Below are positions 1 through 9,765 of a stretch of DNA of 64,000 nt, in pieces. The notes beneath the pieces were generated by a model. It was not told the origin of the DNA. It ran no database searches and saw only the letters and a program-made list of their open reading frames with translations. Source of the stretch: Acidimicrobiia bacterium (GTDB taxonomy: Bacteria > Actinomycetota > Acidimicrobiia > Spongiisociales > UBA5794); the NCBI GenBank assembly GCA_003235475.1, contig QJWC01000031.1, forward strand, positions 1,042-65,041. Direction: 5' to 3'. Made by a program: the position numbers and the translations under genes. Within the stretch, counting starts at the first letter, position 1, and every line of letters starts with the position of its first letter.

Positions 1-1256
1 ACCGACACACCGACGGTTCTCGCATCGATCTGGCGGAGGTTGATCTTGCGGTGGCGCGCCTTCGCGAGGGTTTCTTCGGCGTCGGCGACTCGCACCGCGA
101 TCGTGTCGAACCACGTGTCGTTCACGAGTTCGAGCCCGGCTGCCGTCACCGCCTGGGCGAGCATCGACGTTCTCGCATGGACCGCTTCGGCGATTGTGGT
201 GAGTCCATCCGGGCCGTGGTACACCGCGTACATCCCTGCCATGACCGCGAGGAGCACCTGTGCCGTGCAGATGTTCGAGGTCGCCCGATCGCGTCGGATG
301 TGCTGCTCCCTCGTCTGGAGGGTGAGCCGGAGGCCTTGCCGCCCCACGCCATCGACCGAGACGCCCACGAGCCTCCCCGGCATCGATCGGCGGTAGTCAT
401 GGCGCGTCGACATGAACGCGGCATGCGGGCCGCCGAACATCATGGGCACGCCGAACCGCTGGGTGCTTCCGATGGCCACGTCAGCGCCCATCTCGCCCGG
501 TGGGGTGAGCAGCGTGCAGGCGAGGAGATCGGTGGCGACAGCGGCGAGGGCGCCGGCCGCATGGAGTGCATCGATGGTCGGGCGGAGATCCCTGACTCCG
601 CCGGTCGTGCCCGGGTACTGCAGGAGGGCACCGAACACGCTCCCGGGGTCCAGATCGGTCTCGGGGTCGCCAACCACCACGGTGAACCCGAGTGGGGTCG
701 CGCGGGTGTTCACGACCTCGATCGTCTGCGGATGACAACCCTCGTCGACGAAGAACGACATGTTCTCGCTCTTGCCGACACGCTTGAGGAGGGTCATGGC
801 CTCAGCTGCAGCGGTCGCCTCATCGAGCAGCGACGCGTTTGCCAGATCGAGTCCCGTCAGGTCAGAGACGACCGTCTGGTAGTTGAGCAGTGCCTCGAGA
901 CGGCCTTGGGAGATCTCTGGCTGGTAGGGCGTGTACGCCGTGTACCAGCCGGGGTTCTCGAGGATGTTGCGCTGGATGACCCCGGGCGTGACCGTTCCGT
1001 AATAGCCCATCCCGATGAAGGACGTGAAGACCTCGTTCTTCGCTGCTCGTTTGCGCAGCGCGGCGAGCGCTTCGGTCTCGGACAATGGCCCCCCCACATC
1101 GGGCAGCCTGTGGGACCGGATGATCTCCGGCACGGCGGCGTCGATGAGTTCGTCGAGTGAATCGACGCCGATCGCACCGAGCATGGCCTCGACATCCGTG
1201 GACGACGGCCCGATGTGTCGGTCGACGAAGCTGGCAGCGCTTGGGTTCGAGGTCAT
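1..1256 (-). CDS. gcvP: Glycine dehydrogenase (decarboxylating), glycine-cleavage P protein, N-terminal part; the 3' end runs off the left edge of the window
   Basis: Absent from the ORF track because it is open at the window edge. My reverse-strand translation from the ATG at 1256 reads [39 protein letters not shown]...[49 protein letters not shown]...[28 protein letters not shown], the canonical GcvP N-terminus. An AAGGAG RBS lies just upstream. The 51..1160 + ORF is its antisense shadow. Confidence 0.92.
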   Translation of the reverse strand, partial: MTSNPSAASFVDRHIGPSSTDVEAMLGAIGVDSLDELIDAAVPEIIRSHRLPDVGGPLSETEALAALRKRAAKNEVFTSFIGMGYYGTVTPGVIQRNILENPGWYTAYTPYQPEISQGRLEALLNYQTVVSDLTGLDLANASLLDEATAAAEAMTLLKRVGKSENMSFFVDEGCHPQTIEVVNTRATPLGFTVVVGDPETDLDPGSVFGALLQYPGTTGGVRDLRPTIDALHAAGALAAVATDLLACTLLTPPGEMGADVAIGSTQRFGVPMMFGGPHAAFMSTRHDYRRSMPGRLVGVSVDGVGRQGLRLTLQTREQHIRRDRATSNICTAQVLLAVMAGMYAVYHGPDGLTTIAEAVHARTSMLAQAVTAAGLELVNDTWFDTIAVRVADAEETLAKARHRKINLRQIDARTVGVS

Positions 1257-1269
1257 CGGTTGGCTCCTT

Positions 1270-1448
1270 GGGCACGCGTCGTTCCGTGCCCCGTCTGTCG
1301 CACAACCTGAGAGATTCGCCCTACGGCTTTCCCCTTCGGTGAGGGCTACGCCCTGCTTTCCAGAGGTGCCTGTTCCAAGCGGTCCGTTTGCCTGAGAGAT
1401 TCCCGGGGCGGTTGCTCCTTCGGCGCCGATGATCGGCTCTCCCGCAAG
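1270..1448 (-). promoter_or_regulatory. Tandem glycine riboswitch (two aptamers plus expression-platform hairpin) in the gcvP leader
   Basis: The reverse strand reads GGGAGAGCCGATCATCGGCGCCGAAGGAGCAACCGCCCCGGGAATCTCTCAGGCAAACGGACCGC, then a linker, then CTCTGGAAAGCAGGGCGTAGCCCTCACCGAAGGGGAAAGCCGTAGGGCGAATCTCTCAGGTTGTGCGACAG. These carry the GGAGAG/CTCTGGA, CCGAAGGRG and CTCTCAGG cores of the two glycine aptamers. A GGGCACG-N7-CGTGCCC hairpin follows, abutting the AAGGAG RBS. Confidence 0.9.
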
Positions 1449-1486
1449 GCGTCAGCAGCGTCAGAAGCGTACTCGCCCCGTACGCC

Positions 1487-2593
1487 TCACGTGGCACCCT
1501 CCGGCAGCTCGGACGGCGAGCCGTACCGACGCCGGAACACGAAGTACGCAACGGCGCCGGAGGGAATCGGGAGCCAGTACTGGAAGAGCCGGTACGCAAG
1601 CGTCGCAAGCGTCGCCGTCGGACCAGGGATCCCGGCGACGGTCAGCATCGCGACGAGCCCGAACTCCACGAATCCGAGGCCGCCCGGAGTGATCGGGATC
1701 ATGCCGAGGACCGCGGAACCCGCGAAAGCGAGCAGCACGAGGGACGGTCTGGCGTCTGCACCAACCGCGACCAAGGCGACGACGAGGACCATGTAGTCCA
1801 GCATCCAGTTGAGCACTGCTGCGATCAGGGCCTTCTGCCACCGCCGACCGAGTGCTTGGACGACCTCGTTCCTGCGTTGCAAGAACCCGTCCGCCGTCGG
1901 GTTCCAAGGCTTGTGGAACCGCTGTGCAGCCCACCCGACGACTCGCTCGACGAGCCGTCCGACGAACAGCAGGGGCCGGTCGAACTTCACAGCGAGGAAC
2001 ACGGCCGTGAACATCAGGATGAAGAGCGCAGTCCCCGTCAGCGCCACAGGCGCAAGACCCTCAGGAATCGGCGCCGAAACGGCCGCTATGAGGACCGCGA
2101 TGCCGGGCAGAGAGAACAGCACGAGATTGGATATGAACGAGCCGGCCGCGAGCGCGACCGCGGCCTGGCCGGTGGGAACACCCGACACGGAGAGCATCTG
2201 GAAGTAGGTCGCTCCCGCGGCGACGGCGCCGCCGGGCAGCACCTTTGCCATCGCGTTCGAAACGAGCTGGGAGCACGCTGCGACGAAGAGCGAGATGTCG
2301 GGCACGGCGATGTGCGTGAGGAACCACGCGGATACGAACGCGCCCACCATGAGCGCGAACATCAGAATGAACCACCACCAGTCGACCGATGCGAGTTGCG
2401 GCGCCTTGTCGAGCAACGAGACGATGGTCGGGAGGAAGTAGTACAAGACGACCAGCGCGATCCCCATGAAGATGAGGCGCGTGATGATCTTGCGGCGTCG
2501 CGAAGGGCCGTTGAGTCTTTTCGGAGTCACATCGTCAGTCATGCTGGAGTTCCGGGATACAGCGAGCAACGATAACGACCGGCACCGAACCAT
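1487..2593 (-). CDS. Polytopic membrane protein, flippase-like / lysyl-PG-synthase TM-region (UPF0104) family
   Basis: 368-aa ORF with a basic N-terminus (RRRKIITRLIF), about 8 hydrophobic helices, and a C-terminal GMIPITPGGLGFVEFGL motif typical of this family. An alternative ATG start lies at 2542 (MTDDVTPK). Confidence 0.7.
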   Translation of the reverse strand: MVRCRSLSLLAVSRNSSMTDDVTPKRLNGPSRRRKIITRLIFMGIALVVLYYFLPTIVSLLDKAPQLASVDWWWFILMFALMVGAFVSAWFLTHIAVPDISLFVAACSQLVSNAMAKVLPGGAVAAGATYFQMLSVSGVPTGQAAVALAAGSFISNLVLFSLPGIAVLIAAVSAPIPEGLAPVALTGTALFILMFTAVFLAVKFDRPLLFVGRLVERVVGWAAQRFHKPWNPTADGFLQRRNEVVQALGRRWQKALIAAVLNWMLDYMVLVVALVAVGADARPSLVLLAFAGSAVLGMIPITPGGLGFVEFGLVAMLTVAGIPGPTATLATLAYRLFQYWLPIPSGAVAYFVFRRRYGSPSELPEGAT

Positions 2594-2608
2594 CGGGTCC
2601 GATCGTGC

Positions 2609-3901
2609 TCAGACGTCTGCGGCGAGACGTCTCAGGTCATCGAGGTACGGCCAGTAGTCGACCTGGATCGTGTGTCGCGGGCGGTCCTGATATCTGTTGG
2701 CCAGCTCCTCGTGATATTTGGCGATCTCTGCCTTCATTGTCGCCGCGGTGGGAAGCGGGAGCCCGGTGATCAACTTCGCGACCCATTTGCCCTGCGCCTC
2801 GGCGAGCGGCGGCAGCGCGCCGACGGGTTGGATCAGCCCGACGAAGTACAGCCCCGGGGAATCGACCGCGACGACGCGCTTGTAGAGCTCGACCTGGTTC
2901 TCTGTTGTCTCGATGACATCCGGTGCCAGGAACGGATACGAGATCCTGTAGCCGGTGGCGAAGATGACGGTGTCAGCCGGAGCGCTCGACCCGTCGGTGA
3001 ACACGATCTCGCGCTCGGTGCTCCTCGAGATCCCGGGCTTCACAGCAACGTCGCCGTTCTTCACGAGCTGGAGGATGTCCGAGTTCACGGTGGGGTGGTG
3101 TGACAGGATCGGGCCTTCAGGCGTGGGGAACCCGAACGACCGCTGCCTTCCCCTCCCGAGTGTGAGGAGAACTTTGTAGAGCGTTCTCTGAACGCCGAGC
3201 GGAAGCGTCGAGGACCACGGCGTCGACCATTTATCGAGCGGACGGCCGAAAAGGAAGCGCGGGAAGACGTGCGCTCCCGATCGTGTCGAGAGGGTCACCG
3301 ACTTGGCATGCCAGGAGAGGTCGCACGCGATGTCGACGCCCGAGTTGCCGACTCCGACCACGACGACATCCTTCCCGATGAACGGCTGAGGCGTTCGATA
3401 CGCCTGTGAGTGCATCACCGATCCGGCGAAGGGCCCATCGATCTGGGGGATCACCGGCTCCCAGTGGTGGCCGCTCGCCACGACGACCGCTGAATACGCC
3501 TCCTGCCTGACCGAACCCGTTGCAAGCGACTCGACCTCAACCGTCCAGCCGCCCTCGGTGCGCTCGACCGAGATCACCTTGTGCCTGAACGAGATCATCT
3601 CCTCGAGGCCGAATGCCTGTGCGTATCGCTCGAGGTACTCGAGCACTTGCGAATGATGGAGGTACGGGGGAAGGCCACCAGAAACCGGCAAGTCAGCGAA
3701 CGCAAACCGTTCCTTCGACGTGTCGATGTGGAGCGAGGCGTATGCCGGTGACCGACCATTGTCGTTGTCGAATCTCCACAAGCCGCCGATATCGCTCCCG
3801 ATCTCGAAGCAGTCGAAGTCAATACCTTCGTCCGCGAGCGCCTTGATCGCAGCGAGGCCCGATACTCCCGCCCCGATCACGCATACCCGGCCCGATGTCA
3901 T
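2609..3901 (-). CDS. Flavin-containing monooxygenase (class B FMO)
   Basis: CVIGAGVSGLAA (FAD GxGxxG), FAGSVMHSQAY (FMO FxGxxxHxxxY motif), VVVVGVGNSGVD (NADPH GxGxxG), FATGY. Confidence 0.85.
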   Translation of the reverse strand: MTSGRVCVIGAGVSGLAAIKALADEGIDFDCFEIGSDIGGLWRFDNDNGRSPAYASLHIDTSKERFAFADLPVSGGLPPYLHHSQVLEYLERYAQAFGLEEMISFRHKVISVERTEGGWTVEVESLATGSVRQEAYSAVVVASGHHWEPVIPQIDGPFAGSVMHSQAYRTPQPFIGKDVVVVGVGNSGVDIACDLSWHAKSVTLSTRSGAHVFPRFLFGRPLDKWSTPWSSTLPLGVQRTLYKVLLTLGRGRQRSFGFPTPEGPILSHHPTVNSDILQLVKNGDVAVKPGISRSTEREIVFTDGSSAPADTVIFATGYRISYPFLAPDVIETTENQVELYKRVVAVDSPGLYFVGLIQPVGALPPLAEAQGKWVAKLITGLPLPTAATMKAEIAKYHEELANRYQDRPRHTIQVDYWPYLDDLRRLAADV

Positions 3902-3922
3902 GCCCGCATGAAACCACAGGCC

Positions 3923-4987
3923 TCAGGAAATCGACTCGATCCACGCACCGTGCGCCTGCCCCCATCCCAGCGTGCGCCGCTCTCCTCCCGGCCACATCGT
4001 GAGCGCGATCTCAGGACCTCCGTGATTCCATGCCTCGACCTTCGGAACATCGAACCAGGACCTCGCAAGCGGCGCGTTCGCACTCGCCGCCCCACCGGCT
4101 CGTTCGATGGTCCGTTCGATGCGCCGCTGGGTCTCCTCGGGGACGTACTGCCACATGACGGACTGTTGGATCACAGTCATCGTCCCTGAATGGGACAGGT
4201 CGAGCTGCGTCGCGAGCCAGTCGGCCGCGTCCGCGCGGTCGATGTCGACTGGTTCGCGCGCTGCCAGCTCGAGGGCAGCTTCCGTCCTTCCGAAACGCTC
4301 AACCTGGTCAGCCCACACGAACGAGAGCACTCGAAGGCGGGAGGATTCGTCACGGGCATCGATCGGTGCGACGTCGCAGCCGCGACGACCCTCGATTCGC
4401 AGCTTCTCCGTGATGGAGGGTGGATCACCGCGCCACTCGGCTTCGATCCTCACGGGCGAGGACGCGCTCCCCCACGACCACGACCCGAATTCGTATCGGT
4501 ACCGATCGAGATGGAGGTTCAAGCCTGCAGCAGCTCCGATCTCGAGCAACCGGATGCCACCCTTGAACTGTGACGCCGCCGTCCCGAGCGCGAGCAAGAG
4601 CGCTGCCGCCCGCCCGACCTCGTTCGTCTGGGGAGCCACCGAGAGCGAGTCTCTCAGATAACCGCGATGTTCGTGCACGGTGCCGAGAAGGTCGGCGCGC
4701 ATCGTGTCGACCTCCGGCATGCCGCCGACCGACGGGTAGTGGCGTGCGAGGTTCGGTGCCACGCCCATCAGGACCAAACGATGGAGCCCGCCCATCAACC
4801 GGAGGGGCAATGCGGCCTTGACGGGGTCACCAGGGAAGGCATCGACGACGGCGGCCACCGCGCCGCCCTCCTCGATGTCGTCTCTCGCGAAGGCGAGGAG
4901 CTGTGCGTACAACGCCGACCCCATCTGCTCGCACCACCCGCGCTGGCGTTCGAACGAGGCGGCGATGGTCTCGGCGCCGCCGGTCAT
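3923..4987 (-). CDS. DUF2332-like protein of unknown function
   Basis: 354-aa ORF with coding-like G/C third positions. Its ATG shares an ATGA overlap with the stop of the upstream SRAP gene. The sequence (FERQRGWCEQMGSALYAQLL...LPLRLMGGLHRLVL) matches my memory of the DUF2332 family. Confidence 0.6.
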   Translation of the reverse strand: MTGGAETIAASFERQRGWCEQMGSALYAQLLAFARDDIEEGGAVAAVVDAFPGDPVKAALPLRLMGGLHRLVLMGVAPNLARHYPSVGGMPEVDTMRADLLGTVHEHRGYLRDSLSVAPQTNEVGRAAALLLALGTAASQFKGGIRLLEIGAAAGLNLHLDRYRYEFGSWSWGSASSPVRIEAEWRGDPPSITEKLRIEGRRGCDVAPIDARDESSRLRVLSFVWADQVERFGRTEAALELAAREPVDIDRADAADWLATQLDLSHSGTMTVIQQSVMWQYVPEETQRRIERTIERAGGAASANAPLARSWFDVPKVEAWNHGGPEIALTMWPGGERRTLGWGQAHGAWIESIS

Positions 4988-5679
4988 TCGGCGTCGACAG
5001 CCGGGGTCGTGAGCGGCTCGATCAGCTCGGGAACGTTGTTGGCCACCTTGTTGACGAGGGTCGACACCGGATGAAGGGCAAGCGACGCCGACGGGTACGG
5101 GGTGATCAAGCCCGCTACCGCATCCTTATCGCGGTTCTCCCGATCGAGCCAGGCGTCCCACCGATCGGAACGGATGAACACGGGCATCCGGTTGTGGATT
5201 GGTTCCATGATCTCGTTGGGGGTCGTCGTCAGGATCGTGCACGTCACCAGGCGGTCGCCGGTCTCGGGGTCCTTCCAGCTCGACCAGAGCCCGGCGGCCG
5301 GGAGCGGCACTCCGTCAGTGCCGTGGATGTAGTGGGGCAGCTTTCCCTTCTCCCTGCGCTGCCATTCGTAGAAGCCGTCGAGGGGAATCAGGCATCGACG
5401 ACGCTCGAACGAGTCCCTGAACACGGGCTTGGTCGCTGCCGTCTCGACCCTCGCATTGATCGACTTCGCCCCGATCTTGACGTCTTTGGCCCAGAAGGGC
5501 ACCAACCCCCAGCGAAACGACGTGAGCGACCGCTCCCCTTCGTGTTCCGCGACGGCGTACACGGGCTGCGTCGGCGCGACGTTGTAGTTGACGGGCAGCG
5601 TTTCCGTGCGAACGAATTCCGCGCCGAAGTGCTCCGCATAGAACTCGGGCTTCTCGACCTGGACGAACCGACCGCACAT
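4984..5679 (-). CDS. SOS-response-associated peptidase (SRAP/YedK family, abasic-site DNA-protein crosslink enzyme)
   Basis: Start placed at MCGRF (Cys2 nucleophile) rather than at the 5' end of the 345-aa track ORF. Motifs seen: FRWGLVPFWAK, PLDGFYEWQ, IHNRMPVFI. Confidence 0.85.
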   Translation of the reverse strand: MCGRFVQVEKPEFYAEHFGAEFVRTETLPVNYNVAPTQPVYAVAEHEGERSLTSFRWGLVPFWAKDVKIGAKSINARVETAATKPVFRDSFERRRCLIPLDGFYEWQRREKGKLPHYIHGTDGVPLPAAGLWSSWKDPETGDRLVTCTILTTTPNEIMEPIHNRMPVFIRSDRWDAWLDRENRDKDAVAGLITPYPSASLALHPVSTLVNKVANNVPELIEPLTTPAVDAE

Positions 5680-5749
5680 GACCCGGATTGTCCCACGGGT
5701 GTGTGACGCACATGACCATCGCTCCCCTTGATGGTCAAGCCACCTACCG

Positions 5750-6688
5750 TTGTCGCCGATGAAGCCTGAGATGTACGCCATCAGATTCGAAGACGTGTCA
5801 AAGGCGTTTGGCGACGTCCAGGCCCTCGACGCCATCACGTTCGACGCGCCCGCAGGCGCTGTGACGGTGCTTCTGGGCCCGAACGGCGCAGGCAAGACCA
5901 CCACCGTCAGGCTGACGACGGGCGCGGTCGTCCCCAACCACGGCGGGATCCAGGTGCTCGGGCTGAACCCTCTGCACGATGGAGACGAGATCCGGTCACG
6001 CGTCGGCGTCGTCCCGCCCAAGCCAGCCTTCTACGACCAGCTCACGGGGTGGGAGAACCTTCAGTTCGCCGCCACGATCTTCGAATCAGATGAGGCGAGC
6101 GCGAGATCCGCAGCCGAGCGCTTCGGTATCGACCACGCGCTTGGCCAGGAGGTCGGTGGGTATTCGACGGGAATGCGCACCCGCCTGGCGCTTGCCCGAG
6201 CCGTGATCCACGATCCGGAAGTGCTGATGCTCGATGAGCCGACCGCCGGTCTGGATCCCGAGTCCGCCAAGGCCGTCCTCGACCTGATCCGTGAGATGGC
6301 CGGGCGCGGACGCACCATCATGATGTGCACCCACCTGTTGCACGAGGCTGAAGGAATCGCCGATCAGGTCGTCCTCATGGACGAGGGTGTCGTCCGAGCA
6401 CACGGGAGCCCAGCGAGCCTTGCTCGTCAATACATGCCCGACCCGATCGTGATCCTCGACGCCGAGGATCGCGACGCCCTCGAAGCAGTCGCACAGCTCG
6501 ACGGCGTGATGGCCACACGATGGGACGGCGCACTCCATGTCACGATCGACACTGAGGACAGGGTGCCCGACATCGTTGTTGAACTCGTCAAACGGGGCGT
6601 CCGCCTCACACGGGTCGATCCGATCTCGCCGACGCTCGAGGACCTCTACTTCGAGATGCAGCGCGCACACAGGGAGACGCACGCATGA
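5750..6688 (+). CDS. ABC transporter ATP-binding protein (ABC-2 exporter type)
   Basis: Walker A GPNGAGKTT, signature YSTGMRTRL, Walker B VLMLDEPTAGLD, H-loop CTHLL. The start could instead be the ATG at 5759 or 5771. Confidence 0.88.
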   Translation: MSPMKPEMYAIRFEDVSKAFGDVQALDAITFDAPAGAVTVLLGPNGAGKTTTVRLTTGAVVPNHGGIQVLGLNPLHDGDEIRSRVGVVPPKPAFYDQLTGWENLQFAATIFESDEASARSAAERFGIDHALGQEVGGYSTGMRTRLALARAVIHDPEVLMLDEPTAGLDPESAKAVLDLIREMAGRGRTIMMCTHLLHEAEGIADQVVLMDEGVVRAHGSPASLARQYMPDPIVILDAEDRDALEAVAQLDGVMATRWDGALHVTIDTEDRVPDIVVELVKRGVRLTRVDPISPTLEDLYFEMQRAHRETHA

Positions 6689-7509
6689 GATGGCGGATGG
6701 TGAGGGCCGTTGTGTTCGCCGACCTGTACCGGCTTCTGAAGACGAGGGACTACTGGATCCCGCTCATCATCCTCGGAGGGGTCTTCTTCATCGTGTTGCC
6801 CGCGATCCTTCTCGGCTCGATGTCGCTCGTCCGCGAAGGAGGGCTGGCCACCCAGATCGGTGACATCGTCGGAACGCTGCCTGACGCCATCCAGCAGAAC
6901 ATCCAGGGGGAGGCACCAGGCACGCGTGCCTCGTACGCCTTCGCTGTGTACCTCCTCGCGCCGATCGCGATCGTCGTCCCACTGACGATCTCGTCAGCTG
7001 TCGGCGCCAACTCGATCGTCGGCGAGCGCGAGCGGGGCACCGGCGAGTTCCTTGCGCACAGCCCGCTGACGCTCAACGAGATCTACTTCGGCAAGCTGCT
7101 CGCCTCGCTGCTCCCCGGCTACGCGGCGGGCATCGTCGGGTTCGGGCTCTACTCCATCGTCGTCAACGTGATCGTCGGCAGCCAGATCGGCGGGTGGTTC
7201 TTCCCGACGCTCGGCTGGATGGTGCTCGTGCTGTGGGTCGTTCCGCCCTTCATAACGATCGCCCTGGCGCTGATCCTCCGGCTGTCAGCTCGGGTTCGGT
7301 CTGCAGCGTCCGCGCATCAGGCTTCGAGCCTTGTCACGCTCCCGGTGATCCTCCTCAGCTACGGCGTCGCGAGCGGGCTGCTGTTCAGCCCGGTGCTTTC
7401 GGCGGCCATCTCCGGGCTTGTGGCCTGGGTCTTTGCCGCGATGCTGCTCGCCGGCGGGGCAAAAAGCATCAAACGGGAAAGGCTTCTCGGGGTGGCGGCT
7501 GAGGCCTAG
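6685..7509 (+). CDS. ABC-2 type transporter permease
   Basis: ATGA overlap with the preceding ATPase gene. 274 aa with about 6 hydrophobic helices and a large first extracytoplasmic loop. Confidence 0.75.
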   Translation: MRWRMVRAVVFADLYRLLKTRDYWIPLIILGGVFFIVLPAILLGSMSLVREGGLATQIGDIVGTLPDAIQQNIQGEAPGTRASYAFAVYLLAPIAIVVPLTISSAVGANSIVGERERGTGEFLAHSPLTLNEIYFGKLLASLLPGYAAGIVGFGLYSIVVNVIVGSQIGGWFFPTLGWMVLVLWVVPPFITIALALILRLSARVRSAASAHQASSLVTLPVILLSYGVASGLLFSPVLSAAISGLVAWVFAAMLLAGGAKSIKRERLLGVAAEA

Positions 7510-8015
7510 CCACCAGCGCCGAGTGCTCGTTGCATCAGCATCGTGCCGTAGTACGCGCCGTCCTTGAACCCGACCTCTTCGAGCACGCCGACCTCTTCGT
7601 AGCCGAACTTCCTGTGAAGCGCGATGGACCCTTCGTTGGGGAGGGCGATCACCGCTATCGCGGTGTGGAACCCAGCCTCCCGGAGGGCCTCGAGGAGGCT
7701 CTCGTACAGCAACGAGCCGTATCCCTTGCCGAGTTCACCCGGAGCGAGAACGACCGTCGTCTCGACGGATCCGCGGTAGGCAGCCTTGTCCCTCCACGGG
7801 CCCGACCACGACGTCCCGACGATCTCGCCTGCCCGCTCGGCGACGAGTACCGGATAGCCGTCGCGCGTGCGGCTGCGGACCCAGTCGAGCCGCTTCTGGT
7901 CCGTCCACGGCTCGGTGTCGAACGAGACGTGCGAGTCCACGATGTACTCGTTGTAGATGGCGTTGAGTGCGCCCACATCAGCCTCGGTCGCGGCGCGCAC
8001 CCCGACCGATGTCAA
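7506..8015 (-). CDS. GNAT N-acetyltransferase, phosphinothricin-acetyltransferase-like
   Basis: TTG start in a TTGA overlap with the upstream permease stop. VRAATEADVGALNAIYNEYIVDSHVSFDTEPW and the acetyl-CoA loop LGKGYGSLL fit the PAT/MddA-type subfamily. Confidence 0.8.
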   Translation of the reverse strand: MTSVGVRAATEADVGALNAIYNEYIVDSHVSFDTEPWTDQKRLDWVRSRTRDGYPVLVAERAGEIVGTSWSGPWRDKAAYRGSVETTVVLAPGELGKGYGSLLYESLLEALREAGFHTAIAVIALPNEGSIALHRKFGYEEVGVLEEVGFKDGAYYGTMLMQRALGAGG

Positions 8016-8833
8016 TGCTCACCCTTCTTGCGTCTGGAGCGTCGACCGCCCCCGACGGTGGACTCCCACTTGAAGAACCTGATGCCGAGAACGAGACAGA
8101 CCGCTCCCCACAGCGCCATGTAGCCGAGGTGGTCCCACTGCCACGGCGAGCCGGTATAGGTGGGGTTGAACGCGTCTGTGAATGGCACGACGAAGTGTTT
8201 CAGGGGGAAGAGGTTGGCCACAGAGTCCAACCACGCTGGTGAGTCCTCTGAAGGGACGAGGAAGACGCCGGAGATGAACGCGAGGGGGAGAAGCGTCGCG
8301 TTGGTCACCGCCGTTGCCGACTCCCCGGAGCTCACCAACCCGGCGACCAGCAGCCCGATCGATGCAAAGCACGCGACGCCGACGAAGAAAGTGAAGATCG
8401 CGGCGGGGAGCGTGGCCCCGTAGATCTGTATTCCGTAGAACGCGACGCCGACGACCAGCATCAGCACCACCGAGATCACTGCGATCCAGACCGCGCTGAC
8501 GACCTTGCCGCCTAGGTAGATGCCAGCTGGCAGCGGGGTCCCCCTCACTCGCTTCAGAATGCCCTCGTCCCGCTGGTAGGCGGTGACCGACGCGATGTTG
8601 GTGTACGACGCGGACACGGCGGCGAACACCGCCATCGCTGGGCCGAAGTACTGCGCGAGCTTCACGCCGAGCACTGGGATCTCCTCGTTCCCGAACACGA
8701 GCGAGAACACCATGAAGATGAACAGCGGGAACACGAGTGTGAAGAACGCTGCGACCAAGGTCCGGAAGAAGATCTTGTTCTGGTACCTCGTCTGATCGGC
8801 GAGCAGGGCAAAAGTGGATGGACGATCAGCCAT
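8012..8833 (-). CDS. ABC-2 type transporter permease (DrrB-like)
   Basis: 273 aa with six hydrophobic helices. It overlaps the upstream ATPase stop by 8 nt. Confidence 0.8.
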   Translation of the reverse strand: MADRPSTFALLADQTRYQNKIFFRTLVAAFFTLVFPLFIFMVFSLVFGNEEIPVLGVKLAQYFGPAMAVFAAVSASYTNIASVTAYQRDEGILKRVRGTPLPAGIYLGGKVVSAVWIAVISVVLMLVVGVAFYGIQIYGATLPAAIFTFFVGVACFASIGLLVAGLVSSGESATAVTNATLLPLAFISGVFLVPSEDSPAWLDSVANLFPLKHFVVPFTDAFNPTYTGSPWQWDHLGYMALWGAVCLVLGIRFFKWESTVGGGRRSRRKKGEH

Positions 8834-9728
8834 CGGCGCCGTCCTCCGTGAGATGCAGGTACACGTCTTCGAGGCTCGGTCGAGTCACGGTGAGATCTGC
8901 GAGGTCGACACCGTGGTCGAGTGCCCATCCCGTGATCGCATGAAGGGCGCGTGTGGGTTCGCTCGTCCTGACCGTCACGCGGCCGCTCTCGGAGATCTCC
9001 GGTGCGTCAAAGGGGAACCCTTCGAGTGCTGCGCGGTCCGGATGGAAGGACACCACGGTGTCTGCTTGCTCCCGACCGCCGAGGGTTCCAGGAGTTCCCT
9101 CAGCCACGATCACCCCCTCGTTGATCACCGCGATGCGATCCGCGAGGTACTGAGCCTCATCCATGTAGTGCGTCGTCAGGAGAACGGTCTTGCCGAGGGA
9201 TGTGAGGTTCTCCACGATCGCCCACGCCTGACGACGAGCCGATGGATCGAACCCAGTCGTCGGTTCGTCCATGAAGATCAACTCCGGGTCGCCGACGATG
9301 CCGAGCGCGAGCTCCAGCCTTCGTCGTTGGCCTCCCGAAAGCGTCTTGATCCGCGCATGCGCCTTGTCCTCGAGTCCGACGATCTCGATGAGCTCTGCGG
9401 TCGGTCTGCGCCGCGGGTACATCCCGCCATAGATGTCGATGGCCTCGGTCACCGAGAGGGACCCCTCGATCGCCGTCTCCTGGAGGATGATCCCGATGCG
9501 CTCACGGAAATCTCGGTCGCGCGAGGAAGGGTCGTAGCCGAGCACGTCGATGTCACCGCTTGTCGCCTTGCGGTGGCCCTCGAGAATCTCGACGGTCGTC
9601 GACTTCCCGGCGCCGTTCGGCCCGAGCAACGCGAAGACCTCACCGGCTTCAACCTCGAGGTCGATCCCCGCGACGGCGCGCACGTCCCCGTAGTCCTTCA
9701 CGAGGTTGGCGACATTGATCACTCCCAT
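8826..9728 (-). CDS. ABC transporter ATP-binding protein (DrrA-like)
   Basis: GPNGAGKST, LSGGQRRRLELA, LIFMDEPTTGFD, TTHYMDEA. Confidence 0.9.
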   Translation of the reverse strand: MGVINVANLVKDYGDVRAVAGIDLEVEAGEVFALLGPNGAGKSTTVEILEGHRKATSGDIDVLGYDPSSRDRDFRERIGIILQETAIEGSLSVTEAIDIYGGMYPRRRPTAELIEIVGLEDKAHARIKTLSGGQRRRLELALGIVGDPELIFMDEPTTGFDPSARRQAWAIVENLTSLGKTVLLTTHYMDEAQYLADRIAVINEGVIVAEGTPGTLGGREQADTVVSFHPDRAALEGFPFDAPEISESGRVTVRTSEPTRALHAITGWALDHGVDLADLTVTRPSLEDVYLHLTEDGADG

Positions 9729-9765
9729 GGCCCCAGTATCCCGTTCGGTCCCGACTTACGCACAC

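Noticed and set aside
51-1160. 369-aa plus-strand ORF across the left end of the window
   Set aside because: It is the antisense shadow of gcvP. The translation is Arg/Gly/His-rich with no motifs, while the opposite strand gives a textbook GcvP sequence.
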